51,611 nt of DNA from Saprolegnia diclina VS20 (taxonomy: Eukaryota): NCBI RefSeq assembly GCF_000281045.1, contig NW_008246075.1, positions 520,761 through 572,371 of the forward strand. The letters are read 5' to 3'. Shown here piece by piece: positions 1 to 10,884 of this stretch. A model generated the notes under the pieces. That model ran no database searches and was not told the DNA's origin. It saw only the letters and a list, made by a program, of their open reading frames with translations. The position numbers and the translations under genes are program-made. The stretch's first letter is position 1. Each line of letters opens with the position of its first letter.

Positions 1-1420
1 CAGATGCGGCATATGTCGCCGTGAGAAAGCAAGGTACTTGCAGAAGCTTAGCTTTTGACTGATACTACAAATTCGTGGATGGCTCGAGCCGCTTGCTCTG
101 CGCCTGGATCTTGTAACGTGTGCGTGCTTCCATATCTTGGTCTTCTAGAACGCTCGGCCTTGCGCGGAAAACCTCTTCCACTTCTTGGAAACGGAACTGT
201 CAACTTGTCTCATCGAAGAAATGGCATCGATCGAGAAGACATCGCAATGTACCAAAGCTACGGGCAGCAAGAGAGGTTGTGGTGCACCACGTTGATTTCC
301 ACCAGCCCGGCATATTCCCTTCATTTCGTTTTTGGTTTCTATGTCCAGCTCGACGAACAGCCCAAAAATGAATAAGCTTACTATTCAAAGATGTGGGACC
401 TGACTATCCTGTTCAACTACGGCTACTATAGTATCTACTATTGCCTGGCCGGCAACTCTGATCCTTAGCACTGTAGTTTCGGCAAGGCTCGTGCCTCACG
501 TGGCGTGAGGCAATATGTACATACAATACGTACAAGAGGTTAAAGACGCCATGTACTTGCTCATGTTGAATATCTAGATGGATTATGTTGGAATGAAAGA
601 ACAATGGTTTGCGAGTTTCAAAACAAATACTTCGTACATGTACTAGTTTTCGAATATGGGCCGTACGATAAAGTCAATCTCAGTCAGCTTCTCCGTCCTA
701 TACGTTGCATTGCTTGGCGGATCGTGACAAGCGGACATAAATTCAATTTATGGGAGTCTCCTCTTGATCTTTGTTGTTGGATTGACTCCATAGCATATTG
801 TTTCCGATGGTTTTTTCTACTTTTCTACACGGTGGCGTTGGGCGGTGAGCATGGCGAGGCGTATGCTTGGTGTTTATTATGGTACGCCTTGCTTTGGAGC
901 TACGCTAGTAGCGGCGCGTCCTTGGTCATCTCGAACTGTTTTCGGCACGGTGCTCTTTCCGTTGGGTTACATCGCGCAAAGGCAGGAGGTCGCCGATTGC
1001 TTTGCATGAGCGCAGCTAGATTTGAAAGCCTGCTATCCGTTCGAGCACGATTTTTGCGGAACACCAAACCACTACACCAGGGCTGACCCCTTGATCGTGA
1101 TCACTGGTGTCTTCAACGTGCAGCAGCATCGATTCATATGTGTGAAACATATGCTGAAGACCGCATGGACTGCAGTGACGACCATACGTTTAACAGTAAC
1201 TTGCGGTTTGCGATGGAAGCCATTGGCTCCGCCTCGATTTAAAAACAACATCCTTGCAAAGCAGTGTCCCCACTGCTCATATACCGGTACCGGTATATTG
1301 TACCCTCGTTTGGGACTGACCAATGTCTGTCTTTTATCACGACATTGCTCAGGGATAGGTTGGACACAATTGCACAAAGCTGCACATTGTGACAAAAAAT
1401 GGACCGCGGAGGACGAGGGC

Positions 1421-1500
1421 AGCATAGTGGGCTTGGCTAGACAGCGCAGCGCATGACCCGAAGGGGTCGCGAGTTCGAACCCCGATTCGCGGGATTTGCT
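1421..1500 (+). pseudogene. Degenerate tRNA-iMet-like sequence (tRNA pseudogene or tRNA-derived SINE head)
   Basis: Starts AGCATAGTGG (cf. eukaryotic initiator tRNA AGCAGAGTGG). CATGACCC at 1452 resembles the anticodon region CATAACCC. B-box GTTCGAACC at 1473. 3' TGCT can pair with 5' AGCA and TTTT follows. The stems are imperfect, so this is not a functional cloverleaf. Confidence 0.35.
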
Positions 1501-2184
1501 CTTTTACACCCTAAACACCCGCGTATGTTTGCAATTTATTTGTGCTTCGGCAGTCCCAGGAGCCAGCCATAGCTACGGCGCGGCGCATGAATAAAGCTCT
1601 GAGCTATGAACGATGCGCCGCCTTCTAGCGGACCTGTCGGCGACGCATTGGCCGGCACTCCACGAGCGCATAACTTCGGCGCCGTCATACTCGCGCTAAC
1701 GTTCGGCAAGTAGACAGATGGATAGGTCGTTCTTGGACGCACTCAACAACATAATTAACGACATATAAACTGGCGAGTTATTGTCCGACATAGATGTCGA
1801 GGCTTCTGCAGCCAGCAATCGTCCTAGCACACACCTCGTATGCGTGGGTTTTCCTAACGATTCGGCGTGGACTTTATGCTGTACTCGCCCTTGGTATCCA
1901 AACTCGACATTACTACGTTAAGCCCGACAAGGGTGGTTCTCGCCTTGGTTGACACGACCCAGAAACCCAGGCCGTAGTGCTAAGCAAGGAACTTTTAGCG
2001 GCAGGTATCGTCTTGCCAAGGTCAAGCTGTGGTTTTGACGTATGTGGACGCAAACCCAATGCGATAGTATTGCATAGACAACGGCCTCGTAACTGACAGA
2101 TAAAATGTTGCACAATTATTCAATGTTTTCGCTAAATGCGGCGTTTGCGCAGCGGGGCGGCTTCTGCATCGTAGCGATGCGTAT

Positions 2185-2404
2185 NNNNNNNNNNNNNNNN
2201 NNNNNNNNNNNNNNNNNNNNNNNNNNNNNNNNNNNNNNNNNNNNNNNNNNNNNNNNNNNNNNNNNNNNNNNNNNNNNNNNNNNNNNNNNNNNNNNNNNNN
2301 NNNNNNNNNNNNNNNNNNNNNNNNNNNNNNNNNNNNNNNNNNNNNNNNNNNNNNNNNNNNNNNNNNNNNNNNNNNNNNNNNNNNNNNNNNNNNNNNNNNN
2401 NNNN
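2185..2404. other. Assembly gap (N run)
   Basis: Run of Ns; end coordinate approximate to 1 nt. Confidence 0.98.
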
Positions 2405-2740
2405 GCTGGCACTATGATCTACACCATCGCTCGCGATCTGTAGCCTTCTCCAACACTGTGCCTGCCGCCGTCCATCAACGACAAAGCTCTCTGCCTTGCG
2501 TTTAGCTTGCTATCAACGTCCTTCAACCCGTGCAGCGTCCGACTAACAATAATTTGTAATACGATCAAGTTTATGTTTTGCAGTAGAAATGTCGAGTTTC
2601 CACGGGCACGTCTGTGGTATGGGGGCAGATCGAGTACATTTCGAGCAACAATTTGTGCACAAGAAAGCAATCGCAGAGGATACATGGCGCGTATAAATTA
2701 GGACAACAAGAAGCGTACGGCTGCGATGCATGTATCATCC

Positions 2741-3997
2741 TCATGCGGGCGCGGGCTTGTCGTCCGTGCCGTGGATGATCGACTGCACGAGCTTGTCGAG
2801 CATGTACATGAACGCCGGGTTCTCTTTGACCCAAATGATAAAGCGCGTCGCTTGGTGGGGCGTCAAAATCGTCTGCAATTGCGCGACTTCGGCCTCCAGC
2901 GTCTCGTTCTTCTCCTGCGTCGCGCTCTCGAACGACCGGAGAATGCCAAGGTTCTTGTTGAGGTTCTCGCGGAGGTACTTGATCTTCTCGCGGCGCGCAA
3001 AAATCTGGCGCTGCTGGGCTTCCGAGATGTCGAGCTCCTTGGCGAGAATTGCCCAGAGGTTGGATGGCGCTTCGTCCTGGATGTGGTCCATGTGCGCAGC
3101 TGACTCGAGCGCGACGGCCGCCTGCTTCTTCTTCATGCTCACAAAGTCGCCTTGCTCGACCGAGTAGAGACACATCTTGGTGACCTGCGTCGGCAAAAGG
3201 AGGTCGCGCACGCGCTGCGTATGGAACGCGATCGTCTCCTTGCGCTTGTCGCCATAGTCGCTGTACTGCGCCTTGTACTGCTCGACGAACGTCGCCATCT
3301 CGGCCTCGCTCGCATTCGACTTGAGTAAATGCTCCATCTTTTGCTTGATTGTGGCCTTTTCTTGGCGCTCGACCAAGATGGCTTCCTTCCCGATCTTCAA
3401 GCGCATCTTGAGTTCAATGTTCTCCATCTCGAGCTTCTTCAGCCGAATCTCGTTCTGCTGGATGCGCGCGAGGCGCCGCTTCCGGGACTCGCGGGCCGAG
3501 TCGCGGTTCCGTGCGAGCCGCTTGCGCTTCTTCTTGTTCAAGACGTCCGACGTGCCAACGGTCGAGTTGGAGAACGCGCTGTCCTGCGACTGGTCCGAGT
3601 CGGAGCCCGAGTCCGAGTCGGACGCGAGAACCGAGTCGAGGCTGTTGCTCGTATCGCGCTTCAGGAAGGGCGGGATGCCAGACGAGATTGTGGACATGAC
3701 CGATGGCTGCGACGACGCCGACATGTCGACCGGGTTGGGCTCGGTCAGGTCCACGAGGTCTTCGTCGGTCGGGAACGAGATGCTCTGGTCGAGCGGCGCC
3801 AAATCGGAGGTCAGGAAGAGCCACGAGAACGCGTCTTCGTCGCGGAAGATATCGGCGGCCGTTGCCGCGGGCGTCGCCGTTGCGCTGGTCGTGTAGGCCG
3901 AGAGGTCGGCAAGGGGGTCTACACATACAGCCATGTCGTCTTCCATCGTCGTCTCCATCTTGGTACCTTTCATGCCATTCGACGACGAGGCTTCCAT
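2741..3997 (-). CDS. bZIP transcription factor with DOG1/TGA-like C-terminal helical region
   Basis: Intronless ORF. Basic region KKKRKRLARNRDSARESRKRR (N-x7-R) is followed by a zipper (IQQNEIRLKKLEMENIELKMRL). Acidic/Ser-rich N-terminus; C-terminal ILTPHQATRFIIWV. Start placed at MEASSS (3997), where coding-like composition begins. Confidence 0.88.
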   Translation of the reverse strand: MEASSSNGMKGTKMETTMEDDMAVCVDPLADLSAYTTSATATPAATAADIFRDEDAFSWLFLTSDLAPLDQSISFPTDEDLVDLTEPNPVDMSASSQPSVMSTISSGIPPFLKRDTSNSLDSVLASDSDSGSDSDQSQDSAFSNSTVGTSDVLNKKKRKRLARNRDSARESRKRRLARIQQNEIRLKKLEMENIELKMRLKIGKEAILVERQEKATIKQKMEHLLKSNASEAEMATFVEQYKAQYSDYGDKRKETIAFHTQRVRDLLLPTQVTKMCLYSVEQGDFVSMKKKQAAVALESAAHMDHIQDEAPSNLWAILAKELDISEAQQRQIFARREKIKYLRENLNKNLGILRSFESATQEKNETLEAEVAQLQTILTPHQATRFIIWVKENPAFMYMLDKLVQSIIHGTDDKPAPA

Positions 3998-5467
3998 CGC
4001 GGTCTCTTGCTCCTTTGCCGCACCACCCGCGCGACTCGAATTTAAATTTGACGTTCGTGGCCACTTGTTATCTTGGCCTTTGTATGCCGAATGAACGCGA
4101 AGCCGGATTACAAATGTGGCCTCTTTCGTTGCACCGAGAGAGTTGCCCAACCCTATGAGCGACAAATTCCCTACATACAATCCTGTTATTTTCTCAAAGA
4201 GGGAGTAGCCATAGATTGTGATGCTACACGAGTCAGCGACATACAATGCGCAGCAATGATGGTAAAGACCGATAAGAACCAGATTGCTATTGTGCGCTTA
4301 CGAGTCTGCTCTTGCGTCTGGTTCGGGGCTGGAAGCCACGCCGTGACGCGCCCACGCGTGGCCGCGTTCCTCCCAACCGTCGACTTCAACCGCGAAAGCT
4401 GGATGATGATTCGGGCGACGGACCAGAGACCTCTGTTGCAAGCAAGGGCACACTGAGATCTTATCATGTACGAATGTCCAGTCACAACGAGGCGGTCGTC
4501 GGACTGTCGTGATAACGCAAGGCTGACTCGTGGATTGATGCGACGCGAGCGACAGGACGACGTTGTGACTGGACACGACCATCATGGGATGCCAGAGGTC
4601 CACTCGTCCTGCTTCTGAACCGTGTCGTTGATCATTTGATCATTGCCACCAATCAATGGCGGCAGCCAAGGGCATCAAGAGCTGCATCAAGACCCTGTTG
4701 TGGCGGCTTTGGCTCTGGCCGCGCGAATGACTGACGACATCATCGAGGATTGAAAGGCAGAGTGCAGGTTGTGCACTTGGTCAACACTCTGTAAGGCTCG
4801 CGAGAAAGGGGCCAAACTGTCCTGTGATGCAGTACTAGTGTTGATTGGGCTGAAGGATGAATCCGTGGCGGTGCCAACCTGAGCTCTGCTCGCAATGGCC
4901 TCCGGGGATCAGCGTTGGAACACACCTGCATGTATTGGGAGTGGTGCTACTATGCAAGGTAAGAGCTATTGATGTACATTGCTTGTCATCATGTGAGAGA
5001 TGCCAGCGATAGAATGGATCGTCCTTCCTGTCCGAGAGAGCGTAGTTGTCGAGAATCCCAAATGCCAACCAACTCGTTCAAAGATTCCGGATTTTGAATC
5101 GTAATTTCAAAAATTACCGTTGTAGCCAATCATGCTGGACCGGCAGAACAGGTTGGTTTTGGTCTGGAGCAGAATTCCGGAATCTCGGAACGTGTTTCCT
5201 GAAATTCCGGAAATCTTGACCAAGACGCCCGCACAATGCATCGCGGTGGCCTGCGTGAGATATGGCTGATAGCGCTGCGGACGGAATAACGCGCTCGAGT
5301 GTTTGCGTCCATTGAGGTGCATCATGTCTTATCCTTTCTTATCCTTAATTTCGCTGTCCATCAATGTCTCTGCCTCGCTTTGATTCCTCACGACACTATT
5401 TCCGAATGGCACAGCAATATCATATAGTGTGTTCGACTTGCAATCCGTTGCTTGTTCGGCGCGGAAG

Positions 5468-7920
5468 ATGAAGGCAAAGCAGTGTGCAAACCCGCTCTGC
5501 GACGTCGAGATCAGCAACCCGTACATCCACTACTGCGACCGATGGATGTGCCAGCAGTACCGCGGCGTCATGGCGCTCTTCCCGGCGGCGGCCAGGCCGG
5601 CGACGACGCTCCAGCGCGAGGTACCGAGAGGCGCGGCCGGCAAGCGCCCGCGCGCCTTCGACGACGACGAGACCGAAGAGCAAGAGATGCCACGACAGCC
5701 CAAGCTTGGTCGACGCAGCAATCGCATCATCGATGACTCGGACGACTCGGATGCCGACGATGAGATGGAGGCGCCTGTCGCACGCCCGACACGGCCCGTA
5801 TTCCCCGCAAAGGAGCCGGCGCCCAAGCCCCGCCTTCCGCCACCAGCACGTAGCACTCGCCCGATTCCAGAGCCTCCATCACACAACAGCGTGGGCAAGG
5901 CCGAACCGCTGGCCGTCAAGGCCGAGCCGGCCATCCACGTCGCGACGAGCCAGTTGCAGTCGACAACGAAGCGCGCCGCTGTCCCGTCGCCGCCGCTTCC
6001 ATCGCCACCAACTTTGGCACCGGTAGCATCAGCGTCATCATCGTCACAGTCGGCTCCAACTTCAGCGCCGCTCGTTCCTGCGACACGACCTCCCGAGCGC
6101 CCGCCATCGCACACGCAGCAGCCGACCGCCGTGCCACCGCCGACTACTGTGCGCAAGCTCAACCTTCACGAATACCTCTCACGCAGCAAGGTCTCGCTGC
6201 GTACGATCCCGCCAAGTCGACCGACTGCCGTCACAGATGCATACAAGCCGCGGCCGACATCGGCGAGCGTGAACCACATCTTGAACAACGAAGAAGACAA
6301 CGCCGATGACGACTCTGGCCTCGACCACAGCGCCGACGCGGCTACCGATCAGCCTGCGCCCCCCACGCTCTGCGCCCACGGCCGCGCGACTCAAGACTTT
6401 TGCCAAGCCTGCGTCTCAGCGCGCATCGTTGCTGTCAAGCCCGAGTTGACCGCGCTCTGTGCGCACAGCAACCTCCACGACGTCTGCCCGATCTGCTCGA
6501 TCCCGCCGGCGCTTGACCGACGGCTGAGCGAAGCTGGGACCGCGGCGCTTTGTCCCCACGGCGGCGTGAGCACCCGCCACTGCGCCGTGTGCCAAACCAC
6601 GGCCAGCATGGAGCTTCTCGTGCTGCCGAAAGACGAGGCCTGTGTCGATGGTGCAAGCGAGGGCTGCGGACACTTCCAGCCAGAGACCGTACGTGGCCCG
6701 TGCCGCGTCTGCGGGGCACCGAGACCGGATACGGCGCGGGCAAAGCGCCCACCGCACAGCCCACCGTCGAGCCCACTGCATGTTGCCAAGCGGGCGCACG
6801 TCAAGGACGAAGGCTTGCAGCTACCCGCGCATCGCGCCGACGCGGCAGTCCCAGCGTCGCAAGTCGCCATTGACGGTTTGGCGCCACGAGCTGCGATACC
6901 GCCGCCTGTCGCTGACGCCGCGCGGCCAGTCGTATACCCACCGATGACGTCTCCGCGTGTGGTCGCGATGCCCTCGCCGCCTGCAGTCGTAAGCCCACCT
7001 CTGGAGGGTGTAGGGCAGAGTGCTCCTGGTGCGCAGAGCGCAGCGTTTATCGATGACGACGACGACGTCATCGGACAGCACAGTGATGACGACGACGACG
7101 AGCAGGACGTCGACGGTCCAACCGATTTGCCGTCCGAGCCGATTATCCTTTCGTACTCGGACCGCGAGCTCTACTCTATTCTCTGGTTCTTCTCGGTGAA
7201 GCTCACGACGCTGCTCGGGACGATGAAACAGCTGCGCATTGCGCACTACAACTGTCTCTCGCACTTTCGAGAGCTCGTCAAGGAGCTCAAGAAGGCGAGC
7301 GTCGAGATCCAACTGCCGTTTGAGATTACGTGCGTCCGGACAAAAGGGTCGGTGCGCTTTGGGCCCCACACATACCTCGAGCTGCCCGCGCGCAGCTTGG
7401 AAGACGCCCACCGCGTCGTGCTTCTGGAGCTCTACCTGCAAGCGACGCACTGGGCGCTCCTCAGCAAGCAAATCCAGCTCGGCAAAGTGGCTTCGATCCC
7501 CGACATCCTCCCGGCGGCCCGCACCATGGCGGTATGCTACGCGTCGACAACTTGCATTCATGTAACCTTTTGGTCTAGATGAGCACCAAGTACGCGCGGC
7601 TTCCCAACGGCGACACTGAATATGTGCACGGCGTGCTGTACTTTGAGGTCGGACGTGCGACGGCGGCCCGCCTTGCGGACGCCAAAACCGCGGCGACCGC
7701 GGACGCGTGGGCTCGCCTCCACCGCATCTGCATGCACATCTCGCCCTTGTACCGGCCGGATCTCCACCTGGCAGTGCAGGGCGCCGCCGCACCGAGACCT
7801 GTGCCGCCTCGTGCTGCCAACAACTGGGTCGACCGCGTCGACGGCACGCCGCTATCGCCTGCGCAACCGTCGGCAAGCTATGGACCACCAACCTTGGACA
7901 TGGAGGACGACGAGTATTGA
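5468..7920 (+). CDS. Pro-rich hypothetical protein with N-terminal Cys cluster and four CxH-x(5-9)-CxxC putative zinc-binding repeats; 2 exons
   Basis: Long ORF from ATG 5468. GT..AG intron 7532-7578 joins in frame to ORF 7579-7920. Motifs CAHGRATQDFCQAC, CAHSNLHDVCPIC, CPHGGVSTRHCAVC, CGHFQPETVRGPCRVC. Confidence 0.75.
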
Positions 7921-8202
7921 CGACGCCGTGTCGTACCTTAGACCAAGTACACTAAACTAGTAAGATGAGTTTCACCCTATATAACGTTTGCAGATATCGC
8001 ACCACCACGACACGATGTATGTCGCCGCATGTCGGAATGAGCGGATCACTTTGCACTTAGGGTTACAAAGAGATGTCACTGCGTGACCGGTCCACCGTGG
8101 ACGTTCTGGTCCTCTCCTCCTCTGACGTTAACTTGAGTAGCAGCGAGTACGAAGTTAGTATCGAGGGTGCCGCTTTGTCATGATTAGTCTATGTTCGAAA
8201 GC

Positions 8203-9534
8203 TTACAGCGCAAGAAGGACCATGGAAGCGAGCAACACTGCGAGGGTCGTCGACGCAGTCTGCATCGCAGCGCTCGCCGTCGTCGCGCTGAGGTCCTTGG
8301 TGTCAAGCGACATGGCTTTGCCCGTCGAGTTTTTGCCAAACTGCCCCGTCGTGTTGGTGATGAGCTTGGCATCATCGACCTTGCGCTCGACCTTGGCAAG
8401 GGTCGGGAAGGGCGCGGCCGACGCCGGGCGCTTGATGCAGTCGGCGGCTGGCGATGTGCAGACCTCGCACACTTGGGCGAGGAGCTTGCGGCGGCACCCG
8501 TTGGGCGCGTCGGCGCAGCGCTTGTTGGTTTCGTAGCACGGCGGGTTTTCCTTGGCGAGCGATGCCACCGCGGGCAGCGGCTTCATGTACGAGGACGAGG
8601 ACGAGTTGACCATGAGGTTGTACATGTCCATCATGGCCTGCGACCGCGCTTCGTTGGCTTGGCGGCTCAGCGGGTCCTTCCAGAACGGGAGGCCCTCCTT
8701 GGTCACCGAGTCGTACTCGACGTTGCCCGCGAGGCAGAACTCGCGAAACCCCGTGTACGGCTTGCCGGTTTTTTCGTTGGCGAGCTGCGTAATACCCACA
8801 ACATCGTCGATCGCAATGTACCCGAGCACGTTGAAGCTAAAGCTGCACGAGATCCCGTCCGGATCTTTGCCAAACTCGCAGAGGCCGCCCGTCTGCTTGG
8901 CCCGGCACGCCTCGTCCTTCTTCTCGAACGGCTTGGAGTAGCACGAGTTCGGGTACGAGAACCAAATGTTGTTTTCATACGGCGCGCGCGGGTCGTCCTT
9001 GCGTGGCTCGCCGCCCACACACGGCCCGAGCTTGGGAAAGCCGTCGAGGCCGTCAATCTCCTTGCACTCGGCGGGAATCTCGACGCCAATCGGCGTGCAC
9101 ATACCGAGGTCGAGCGCGACAAACGGACAGTACTCGGCCATCGGCGCGGTTTCGCCAAACTCGGCGATCGCGGCCGTTGGCTGCACGATCGTAATGTCGT
9201 AAAACCACACGTAGCTCATGTTGACCTTGCGCATGCAGTTGGGGTTCACGCGCTTGTCGATGCCTTCGGCCTGCACGTACATGAGCGCGCCCTCGACGCT
9301 CGCCGTGTTGATCGTGTCCATCGCCGCGCGATATCGCTGCGTGAACGTATCGGTGCCCTTCTGAAAGAGCGCGACCCACGCCTGCTTGTTGGTGTCGTAC
9401 ACGGGGGCGGTCGCCTGCACGCGCGCTTGGATCGACCGCACCTTCTTCATGCTCCACGACGACGACTCGGCGGCAGCGGTCGCAACCGCGAGTGCCAGTA
9501 GCAGCAACGTCGAGTAGCGTACCATGCTGGTCAT
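8203..9534 (-). CDS. Secreted Cys-rich protein, probably GPI-anchored or surface-exposed (oomycete-type family, IQARVQ...VEGALMYVQAEGI)
   Basis: Signal peptide MTSMVRYSTLLLLALAVATAAA, many Cys, Ser/Thr-rich stalk and hydrophobic C-terminus LAVLLASMVLLAL. Intronless, strong GC3 bias. Start is 9534 or 9525. Confidence 0.8.
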   Translation of the reverse strand: MTSMVRYSTLLLLALAVATAAAESSSWSMKKVRSIQARVQATAPVYDTNKQAWVALFQKGTDTFTQRYRAAMDTINTASVEGALMYVQAEGIDKRVNPNCMRKVNMSYVWFYDITIVQPTAAIAEFGETAPMAEYCPFVALDLGMCTPIGVEIPAECKEIDGLDGFPKLGPCVGGEPRKDDPRAPYENNIWFSYPNSCYSKPFEKKDEACRAKQTGGLCEFGKDPDGISCSFSFNVLGYIAIDDVVGITQLANEKTGKPYTGFREFCLAGNVEYDSVTKEGLPFWKDPLSRQANEARSQAMMDMYNLMVNSSSSSYMKPLPAVASLAKENPPCYETNKRCADAPNGCRRKLLAQVCEVCTSPAADCIKRPASAAPFPTLAKVERKVDDAKLITNTTGQFGKNSTGKAMSLDTKDLSATTASAAMQTASTTLAVLLASMVLLAL

Positions 9535-10028
9535 GGTGGTAAGTCGTCGAACGAGCGCCAATCTTGAAATGACGATGACGGTGCGAGGCGGCGCGGTAGA
9601 GGACCGCCAAGGGCGTAGCGAGCGTTGCACACGCAAGTGCACTCAGCCGCACCCGCCGTCCACGACGGCGTCGCGCGCACGTACGTCTTTGGACACTTGT
9701 CGAGCTGATGGCAACGAGTAGAGGCGCGGAGTCCAAGAGATGAGGAAGGCTGCTACCAACGGTGCGCTTTTTTTCAGGCAAAGGTCGACAGCGATGGCGC
9801 GCGGTTGTTGCTCCGGTCAACGTCGCTCGAAAGCTGTCACTGCTTTGGGCTCCTCGTCGCGGCCCATCGAGGTGCGGTGGCCTGGTGTTGGCAAGGCAAG
9901 AGAAAGACGAGAATAAGAATCGCGTGTGAAGGCAAGAGGTCTCCTGGCATATATTAGCTTTGTGTCGTCGAGTTGAATCGTCGTCGACAGCTACATATCT
10001 CAGTTACAACTAAACTCGATGCATTAGC

Positions 10029-10382
10029 TTAATAGTCCGAGCCACCGCCGAACATGTCCATGCCACCGCCGAGGTCAGCCTCTTCTTCTTCCTTCTTCTC
10101 TTCCTTCTTGTCGGCAGCGGCGGCGGCCGGGGCGGCAGCGCCAGCGGCAGCCGGGGCAGCGGCACCCGACGACGGGCCGCCCGACGTGATGAGTTCGAGC
10201 ATCTTGCCGTCCTGCGAGAGGAGGTTGGCGAAGAGCATGGGCCAGTACGGCTCGACTTCGTTGCCCGAGGCGACGATGACGTTGGCGAGGGCCTCCGACG
10301 TGATCTCGGCCTCGCCGTCGAAGAGGATCATGGACGCGTAGGCGACGCAGAGTTCATCGTGTTGTTCCTTGGTCAAAGCCAT
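10029..10382 (-). CDS. RPLP1: 60S acidic ribosomal protein P1
   Basis: ELCVAYASMILFD...ITSEAL...VEPYWPMLFA, Ala-rich hinge and acidic KKEEKKEEEEAD tail. Confidence 0.93.
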   Translation of the reverse strand: MALTKEQHDELCVAYASMILFDGEAEITSEALANVIVASGNEVEPYWPMLFANLLSQDGKMLELITSGGPSSGAAAPAAAGAAAPAAAAADKKEEKKEEEEADLGGGMDMFGGGSDY

Positions 10383-10884
10383 CGTTCTTGTCTTCAAAAA
10401 ATGATGAGTGCACGCTCCAAGCTCGCCGTGCGCACCAGCGATAAACCGTTGGCTCTCGCCCATTGTGTCATCCTCTCTCTTTCGATACAGCACTATCCAC
10501 TTGTGGAGGTTTATCCGGATAAACCGGGCAGCAGAGACACTCGTCGCGACCACCGACCAGGATGGCGACCTGTGCATGCTAGAAGCAATGACATGCCATG
10601 CACGATACAATGGCTAGAAGCATGCTAAGGATGGAAGGCGCAGAGGATGGTCGAACACGGCGACGAACGTGATGGAAGCTGCAGCTACTAAGATGTACGA
10701 GTATGCTGCCACGCGCCAGTGAACGACCTCGAGGGCGTGGCTGCTTGGGGTGGCGACTGCTTGTGGTGGCAGCGAGCCTGCGTACTATGAGTCACAGAGG
10801 ATGGGGTGGTCGCTTTGACGGGTGCGACATCGTCGGCGACGCTTGATACTTTTTTTAAACTGCAAATACATGGGTCGGACGCAT

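Noticed and set aside
1..1400. Short ORFs in the lower-GC left end
   Set aside because: No recognisable motifs, no GC3 bias and frequent stops. It may be decayed repeat DNA but cannot be assigned.
3998..4246. N-terminal extension of the 501-aa bZIP ORF
   Set aside because: Composition is UTR- or promoter-like; the downstream ATG at 3997 fits better.
8191..9501. 436-aa plus-strand ORF, and similar long antisense ORFs at 18436-19419, 23687-25270, 35906-36919, 37482-39071 and 43684-44544
   Set aside because: Shadow ORFs produced by high GC3 on the strand opposite real genes.
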